Source: a virus
Taxonomy: Duplodnaviria > Caudoviricetes
Strand: one strand, 5' to 3'
DNA length: 24,096 nt
IMG/VR virus record: IMGVR_UViG_3300033076_000414
Location: 1 to 24,096 of that record
Part shown: piece after piece, positions 18,527-24,096 of the stretch
How positions within the stretch are numbered: position 1 is the stretch's first letter
Layout of the letters: the number at the start of each line of letters is the position of its first letter
Position numbers and translations under genes: made by a program
The notes under the pieces: generated by a model
What the model was told of the DNA's origin: nothing
Database searches by the model: none
Seen by the model: the letters and a program-made list of their open reading frames with translations, nothing else

Positions 18527-20220
18527 ATTTTACTAATTAAATAATTTCCTAAAACCAAATAATCCATATCACAATTTTTAAATGTCCAAATTGCTTTGTT
18601 AGGGTCATTTGTCATTGTATGTCCTCTTAAATTAAAAGATGTATTTAATAATATTGGAGTTCCACTTATTTTCTCAAACTCTTTTAATAATTTATAATAT
18701 AGAGGATTATCTTCCATCTTAACTGTTTGTATTCTAGCTGAATTATCAACGTGAGTTACGGATGGGATACTTTTATATTTTGTAACTTGTACTACTTGAT
18801 TCATATAAGGAACTTCACCTTCTGAAATAAAGTATTTATCATAATCTTCAATCGTTACAGATGGAGCAAATGGTCTAAACATTTCTCTTTTCTTAACAAC
18901 TTTATTAATTCTATCTCTAACATCTGGCAAATGTGGGTTTGCTAATATAGAACGATTACCCAATGCTCTTGCACCAAATTCGGTTCTACCTTGAAACCAA
19001 CCAACAACTGAACCATTATAAATTAAATTGGAAACTTCTTTACATAATTTGGAATCACTTTTTATGTATTCTACTTTTAGTTTTTTGTGCTTACTAATTA
19101 TATCAAATAATTCGTTATCATTCCATTCTTCTCCCAAATATGGTGATGTATTTGCTCCACCAATTGGTTTATCATTTCCCATAATATTATGCCATTGATA
19201 TAAGCAAGCTCCTATTGCGGAGCCGGCATCGGATGGTGCAAATGGAATCCAAACATTTTTAGCGGATGTATGTTTTAATAATTTACCATTAGCAGTTCCA
19301 TTATATGCACATCCACCACTCAACACCAAATTATTACTATCGGTTTGATGAATACAATGATTTACTATAAAATAAAATTGAGATTCATACCACTTCTGCA
19401 ATGCTGCTGCCAAATCCATATGATGTTGTTCTATTTTGGATTCAGGTGTTCTTGGTTCGAACCCAATCAGTTTACCCAATTCATAATTAAACATAGTTTT
19501 ATCTGAATGGTCCCATTCGAATAAATCCATATTAATATTGATTAAGTTTGCAAAATCTAAAACAGAAACTTTATCAAATACGTGTCTGTATTTCATATAA
19601 TCCCCATATGGTGCCAATCCCATTACTTTATATTCACCTCCATTTGGTTTAAATCCCAAATATGCCGTTATAGCTGAATAAACTAATCCTAATGAATGTG
19701 GAAATTTTAATGATTTAATAAATCTAAATTCATTATTATCACATTTTACAGCATACATAGTATCCCATTCACCAACACCATCAATTGATATAGCAACCGA
19801 TTCGTTGTATGGAGATGTATAATGTGCAAATGCAATATGGGATAAATGATGCTTTGTATAAGTTATAACACCATTATATCCCAATCTTTGTAAAAATCCT
19901 TCAATATCACCTTCAGTTTCTTTCCATCTTTTTTTAAAGTCTTTCCAAACTTTTGGATACATTAATCCAGCTAATTTACCAACTGTTTTTTTAACTCTAT
20001 CATACTTTGTGTTTGGTTCTTCATACCAACAAACCATATCAATTTCATCGATTGTGATTTGTGCGTATTTTAAAACCCACTCAATTGCCTTAAATGGAAA
20101 AGAACTATCATGCTTAATGCCAGATAGTTTCTCTTCTTCTATTGCTGCTATTACTTTACCATCGATAACTAATGCCGCTGCTGAATCGTGATAAAATGCT
20201 GATAATCCTAATTGAATCAT
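18523..20220 (-). CDS. O-carbamoyltransferase, NodU/CmcH/TobZ family
   Basis: HDSAAAL, EEEKLSGIKHD, HHLSH, IDGVGE, HSLG, EYKVMGLAPYG, SGGCAYN, EFGARALGNRSIL, KKREMFRPFAP, HVDNSARIQTV, LLNTSFN. Confidence 0.95.
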   Translation of the reverse strand: MIQLGLSAFYHDSAAALVIDGKVIAAIEEEKLSGIKHDSSFPFKAIEWVLKYAQITIDEIDMVCWYEEPNTKYDRVKKTVGKLAGLMYPKVWKDFKKRWKETEGDIEGFLQRLGYNGVITYTKHHLSHIAFAHYTSPYNESVAISIDGVGEWDTMYAVKCDNNEFRFIKSLKFPHSLGLVYSAITAYLGFKPNGGEYKVMGLAPYGDYMKYRHVFDKVSVLDFANLININMDLFEWDHSDKTMFNYELGKLIGFEPRTPESKIEQHHMDLAAALQKWYESQFYFIVNHCIHQTDSNNLVLSGGCAYNGTANGKLLKHTSAKNVWIPFAPSDAGSAIGACLYQWHNIMGNDKPIGGANTSPYLGEEWNDNELFDIISKHKKLKVEYIKSDSKLCKEVSNLIYNGSVVGWFQGRTEFGARALGNRSILANPHLPDVRDRINKVVKKREMFRPFAPSVTIEDYDKYFISEGEVPYMNQVVQVTKYKSIPSVTHVDNSARIQTVKMEDNPLYYKLLKEFEKISGTPILLNTSFNLRGHTMTNDPNKAIWTFKNCDMDYLVLGNYLISKI

Positions 20221-20222
20221 AA

Positions 20223-20912
20223 TTAAATTTTTATATCACCCTCATCCATAAATTGATTATATAATTCCATTTGTTTTTCTCTCATCTTTGTAACAACTTT
20301 AGTTATATAATGTGTAGGATGACCGGTCATTTCTCTAATAAGTAGATATAAAGATTTTTTATTAAAACTTTCGATGTAATCTGCTCTACGGAATAATTCC
20401 AAAATAGCATCAGCTATTTGCATATCTCTTTTCTTTGGAAAATAAAACTCTAAATTAGCATCCCAATATGCTAACATTCTTTTGTTGAAAGTTTTATACT
20501 CTGAATTTGTTTCTTCTTCATGCCAATTGTTTTCAGTATCCCAATTTTCAGGCATTTCAGACATTACATCAGTATCTTTATATCTTTTGTAATTTGCGTT
20601 GTTATTTAAAATAAGATAATTTCTAGCTACAATTGTAAAATAAGAGAATGCTTTACCTTTACCTTCTCTGTACATATGAATTTTTTCAATCATAAACGCA
20701 ACAACTTCAGCCATAACATCTTGTGGTTCATCATCAAAATAGCTAAACTTCCACTTATTATATACGATTTCAGCCAATTTATCAAAAGCAGGAGCTATTC
20801 TATCTTTGTAGATTTTATCCTTTACTCTTTGCTCGGTTGTATTATTGTATTCTACAATAGCATTTTCGGTATCTTTTGTAAAGTATTGTTTATTTCTCGG
20901 TTTTCTAGGCAT
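20223..20912 (-). CDS. Putative phage RNA polymerase sigma factor (region 2-like; candidate late sigma)
   Basis: FDKLAEIVYNKWKFSY..QDVMAEVVAFMIEKIHMYREGKGKAFSYFTIVARNYLI resembles sigma region 2 (cf. AFxYF in T4 gp55-like sigmas); HTH-like C-terminus IREMTGHPTHYITKVV. Confidence 0.65.
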   Translation of the reverse strand: MPRKPRNKQYFTKDTENAIVEYNNTTEQRVKDKIYKDRIAPAFDKLAEIVYNKWKFSYFDDEPQDVMAEVVAFMIEKIHMYREGKGKAFSYFTIVARNYLILNNNANYKRYKDTDVMSEMPENWDTENNWHEEETNSEYKTFNKRMLAYWDANLEFYFPKKRDMQIADAILELFRRADYIESFNKKSLYLLIREMTGHPTHYITKVVTKMREKQMELYNQFMDEGDIKI

Positions 20913-21157
20913 TATTTAAATTCTTTGAATGATTCAATCGTTTCCTTTATTTGGTTAAATAAAGAACCTACTTCATCATCCTTCTCAAACATTTGCTTTT
21001 GGTCGATTGACCTTAATGTTTCCAGTAATGCTTCGTTTCTTTTCTGGTCTGCTTCTATAAAATCTTCATATTTCTCAATTTTGTTTAATGCATTATTTAA
21101 TCCATAAACTAAAAGTGAAATTATTAAGATAGTTAATATTATTGCTAAAATTTCCAT
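20912..21157 (-). CDS. Small membrane-anchored protein (81 aa)
   Basis: N-terminal hydrophobic helix ILAIILTILIISLLVYGL followed by a charged helical region. Confidence 0.7.
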   Translation of the reverse strand: MEILAIILTILIISLLVYGLNNALNKIEKYEDFIEADQKRNEALLETLRSIDQKQMFEKDDEVGSLFNQIKETIESFKEFK

Positions 21158-21158
21158 A

Positions 21159-21788
21159 TTATACTATTTCATATCCTTTTAAAAAATATTCGTTTGCTTT
21201 TTTATATTTAACTTCCACCATTTCACCATCTGGAGATTTCATAACAACTTTATCATTTCTTCCATATGATTGGTTTTTTGCTATTTGAGTGTTGTAAACT
21301 CTATCTCTAATAGTAAATCCATCTAAATGGTCAATTTCATGTTGTACAACTACTGTAAGCATTGTTTCAATTGAAATTTGTTCTTTATCTCCATCTGGAT
21401 TTATTTCAAAAGTTAATTCACCCAAATTATCAGTATCAATTACAACTTTACAAGCTCTAATTGTTCTAATTGGTTTATGTAAAGTAGATGGTATAGAAAG
21501 ACAACCTTCTACAAATAAAAATCCTTCTTTTGATTTTTCTTTTATAACAGGGTTTACTAAAAAATATTCAGTATCTCCAAAATGGATATAACAAGCTCTT
21601 TTTTTAATTCCTAATTGAGTTGCTGAAATACCTAAACCTGGGTTCTCTAATAATGCTTGAGTCAATGTCATTCTTAACTCATCTGCTTCATTTTGAGATA
21701 TTTCAGTCTTTGGGCATGGCGTTTTAAGATATTCTACAAATTCTTTAGTTTGTAATCCTAATTTGTTTTTGTCAACGATTAATTTCAT
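21159..21788 (-). CDS. def: Peptide deformylase with atypical C-terminal extension
   Basis: All three PDF motifs present: GLGISATQLG, EGCLSIP, QHEIDHLDG. Confidence 0.95.
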   Translation of the reverse strand: MKLIVDKNKLGLQTKEFVEYLKTPCPKTEISQNEADELRMTLTQALLENPGLGISATQLGIKKRACYIHFGDTEYFLVNPVIKEKSKEGFLFVEGCLSIPSTLHKPIRTIRACKVVIDTDNLGELTFEINPDGDKEQISIETMLTVVVQHEIDHLDGFTIRDRVYNTQIAKNQSYGRNDKVVMKSPDGEMVEVKYKKANEYFLKGYEIV

Positions 21789-21796
21789 ATTTTATT

Positions 21797-22690
21797 TTAT
21801 TTTTCTATAAATGGTAATATTGCCTTTTCTTTCATTTTTGCTTCAACCATAATATCTACATCTAAACCATATGTGTTTGGAAGTGAATTAATATAATCGG
21901 AATGAGCTTGAGGTTTTTCCTTTGGATTATTTTCGTGCAATGCTTTTGATTCTGAATAGTGAACTTCTTGCGTAATACCTTTAGGCCAAGTAGTTGCTGC
22001 TAATTTGAGTGCGGCTTCTTCGGATAAATCACCTGTACAAAATTGATGATGATGGTAATCAAAAACAATAGGAATACCTGTGTTTTCATAAATGTACATT
22101 AAATCTTTAACAGAATACATAGATGCTTTATCATCATTCTCCAATGTCAATCGTTTACGAACTGATGGGGAGAGTCTTTTGAAGTTTTGAATCAATCTAT
22201 TCATAGCTGATTGTTTATCTCCGTAAACACCATTACAATGAATATTAATATTGTTATATGTAGTTAAAGATAACCCCATCATATCAAATATTTTAGCATG
22301 TAATTCTAAATCAGCAAAAGTTTTTTGAACAACCGATTCATTTGGTGATGGTAGTACATTGAATGGGCCTGGATGCGAATTAATACGCATATTGTGAAAT
22401 TTAGCAAAATCACCTGCTTTTTTTAACTCACTTTTAATTTCTTTGTAATCCTTTAATTGAGTAATATCAATATTATCACCCCAAGGAATTAAAGCGGATG
22501 ATAAACGAAAGAAATTAATCTTATTCTGTCTATTCCACTCCAATATCTTAATAACATCCTTTGCATTTGCTAATGCAAGTTCGGATACATATTCTAAACC
22601 TTTGGATTGTAAAGTTTTCTTAACCATTGTACGATTGGTGGTAACTTTCTTACCCATTGACATGTTAATACAAGCGTAACCTAAATTCAT
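21797..22690 (-). CDS. uvsE: UV-damage repair endonuclease (UVDE)
   Basis: LGYACIN, FFRLSS, HPGPF, NIHCNGVYGDK, RLTLENDD, IPIVFDYHHH, HYSES, AHSDY, DIMVEAKMKE. Start set at ATG 22690 (MNLGY) because the TTG at 22717 lies inside the promoter. Confidence 0.95.
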   Translation of the reverse strand: MNLGYACINMSMGKKVTTNRTMVKKTLQSKGLEYVSELALANAKDVIKILEWNRQNKINFFRLSSALIPWGDNIDITQLKDYKEIKSELKKAGDFAKFHNMRINSHPGPFNVLPSPNESVVQKTFADLELHAKIFDMMGLSLTTYNNINIHCNGVYGDKQSAMNRLIQNFKRLSPSVRKRLTLENDDKASMYSVKDLMYIYENTGIPIVFDYHHHQFCTGDLSEEAALKLAATTWPKGITQEVHYSESKALHENNPKEKPQAHSDYINSLPNTYGLDVDIMVEAKMKEKAILPFIEK

Positions 22691-22714
22691 AATAGTATTT
22701 TTAGAGTTTATACT

Positions 22715-22746
22715 CAAATATACTAAAAAAATACATAAAAACCAAA
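22715..22746 (-). promoter_or_regulatory. Bacteroidota-type sigmaA promoter (-33 TTTG, 20 bp spacer, -7 TATATTTG)
   Basis: Exact match to TTTG-N19-21-TAnnTTTG: TTTG at 22746-22743, TATATTTG at 22722-22715, 24 nt upstream of the uvsE ATG. Confidence 0.75.
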
Positions 22747-22750
22747 TATT

Positions 22751-23935
22751 TTAATATGTTTTTACGTTTTCTTCTTCATTTCTGAATTTAGATAACTCTC
22801 TCGGAGTACCGCCTTTATTAGACATCCAATAATTTACGGCTTTTGGATTATTTATCCATAATTTCTTATTATTCCAAGGAAATTCGGGATGCATGTAAGA
22901 TTCCCATTTCAAACCTAATTGCGAATCATCTAAAACTGCATTATCAGATGTAGCATCAACCACAACATTATCAGACTCAATAGATTTCTCTTCGCTTTGT
23001 AAGATATTCTCATCTTTAGGGTTTTCGTTAATAATATTTTCCTCTATAACCTCATTTTCTTCCTCAATTGTGGATTTTTTTCCACTATCTTCCGTATTTT
23101 CTAAATTATTTTCTACTAAATCTTCTTTTTTATCACCATACACCTCATATAACCCCAATTTTTGGTCATTTTCCATCATTTCTACCAAAATCTCTTCTCT
23201 TTTCTTTTTTTTATCATTAATTAATCCATTGAAAGCAATAATTAGAGCGACAGCTAGTGGGTCAAACACAATTACAATCAAAAATATGAAGAATTTTACA
23301 ACATTTTTCAATTCCATGCCAAAAGCTTCTGCAACAAAACGAAATCCACCAACTTCTTTCTCCAAATCTAAATTAGAAATCTTAATTTGGTTGATTTTTT
23401 CGGTTTCAGAAGCGTTTTCAGTTTGTAAATTGGAAATTTTATCGTTAATTTTGGCAATTTGCTTATCTCTATTATCGATAGAACGTATTAAACGATTATT
23501 TACCTTACCACCATCTAATATTTTGCCTGAATTTTGTTGTAAATTGGATATTTGTGTAGTAAGTTGATTAATTTGCTCCTCATTTGCGGTAATTTTTGTT
23601 TGATGAACCGCAATTTCTCTATCTACTGTTTGTAATTTGAGTGATTGTGCCTGAAAAGCGTTAGATAGATAGCCGAAAATACCGGCAGAAGTGATTAACA
23701 TTAACAATCCAACGGAAATTGTTAGATACCATTTGTTAAAACCCTTCAAATTATTCCACTCTTGCTTCAAATATGTAGCGGCAACCAATTTTGCCATCTC
23801 TAAAGATGAAGCCATTACCATAACCGATGTAGAAGCGCCAGCAAATAGCACACCTAATCCGGTAACAGAGAAGAAAGCCGCACAACTCGCAATAATTAGT
23901 GCGGAAAATCCCACTAAATATTTAAGCCAGTTCAT
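22751..23935 (-). CDS. Membrane protein with coiled-coil loop and acidic C-terminal tail (394 aa)
   Basis: Two or three N-terminal TM segments (..ITSAGIFGYLS), ~100 aa heptad region, TM FFIFLIVIVFDPLAVALIIAF, Glu/Asn-rich tail and Trp-rich terminal domain. Confidence 0.75.
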   Translation of the reverse strand: MNWLKYLVGFSALIIASCAAFFSVTGLGVLFAGASTSVMVMASSLEMAKLVAATYLKQEWNNLKGFNKWYLTISVGLLMLITSAGIFGYLSNAFQAQSLKLQTVDREIAVHQTKITANEEQINQLTTQISNLQQNSGKILDGGKVNNRLIRSIDNRDKQIAKINDKISNLQTENASETEKINQIKISNLDLEKEVGGFRFVAEAFGMELKNVVKFFIFLIVIVFDPLAVALIIAFNGLINDKKKKREEILVEMMENDQKLGLYEVYGDKKEDLVENNLENTEDSGKKSTIEEENEVIEENIINENPKDENILQSEEKSIESDNVVVDATSDNAVLDDSQLGLKWESYMHPEFPWNNKKLWINNPKAVNYWMSNKGGTPRELSKFRNEEENVKTY

Positions 23936-24096
23936 TATCTATTGATTCTTACTAATTCTGAAATACGTTCTGTTAGAAGTCTAGCATCTTGTATTACAGC
24001 ATTAACTTCTGAAGCTGGTAAATTTTGTGCACCCATTGCAACATTTTGAATAATTCTTAATTTACCATCTAACGATTCTAGTAAAGTTTGTATTTT
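23935..24096 (-). CDS. Hypothetical protein, 3' part only
   Basis: Open frame from the window edge: KIQTLLESLDGKLRIIQNVAMGAQNLPASEVNAVIQDARLLTERISELVRINR*, TAATG-coupled to the next gene. Confidence 0.75.
   Translation of the reverse strand, partial: KIQTLLESLDGKLRIIQNVAMGAQNLPASEVNAVIQDARLLTERISELVRINR

Noticed and set aside
22691-22717. TTG start for uvsE
   Set aside because: The TTG lies within the -7 promoter box; UvsE homologs begin close to LGYAC.
480-23945. All plus-strand ORFs in the track (e.g. 480..707, 20676..21107, 23070..23567)
   Set aside because: Each lies antisense to well-supported minus-strand genes and has shadow-ORF composition with no recognisable motifs.
1-24096. CRISPR arrays, tRNAs, introns/inteins, DGR repeats, recoded stops
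   Set aside because: No spaced direct repeats, cloverleafs, interrupted ORFs, intein motifs or near-duplicate nucleotide segments seen by eye; non-coding gaps are too short for most of these.

Overview
AT-rich (roughly 30% GC by eye), densely coding segment of a large tailed bacteriophage, most likely a jumbo myovirus-like phage with a contractile-tail baseplate. Every credible gene is on the minus strand. In transcription order (high to low coordinates): partial ORF, membrane/coiled-coil protein, UV-damage endonuclease UvsE, peptide deformylase, small membrane protein, sigma-factor-like protein, NodU/CmcH carbamoyltransferase, SGNH-like protein, a ~16.5 kb baseplate/tail block (spike-like, gp25-like, gp6/J-like, large gpI-motif/LamG protein, two paralogous structural proteins), T7 endonuclease I-like resolvase and a partial ORF. 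Two promoter classes are visible: Bacteroidota-type TTTG-N20-TAnnTTT(G/A) promoters before non-structural genes, and an invariant ATATTTAT octamer in every sizeable gap of the structural block (candidate late promoter for the phage sigma). The most notable oddities are a peptide deformylase with a SecA-like Cys-free C-terminal tail, strong [S/T]GS enrichment in four virion proteins near a carbamoyltransferase/SGNH cassette (possible virion modification system), and a structured leader RNA. All family calls come from motif recognition by eye, not database searches.
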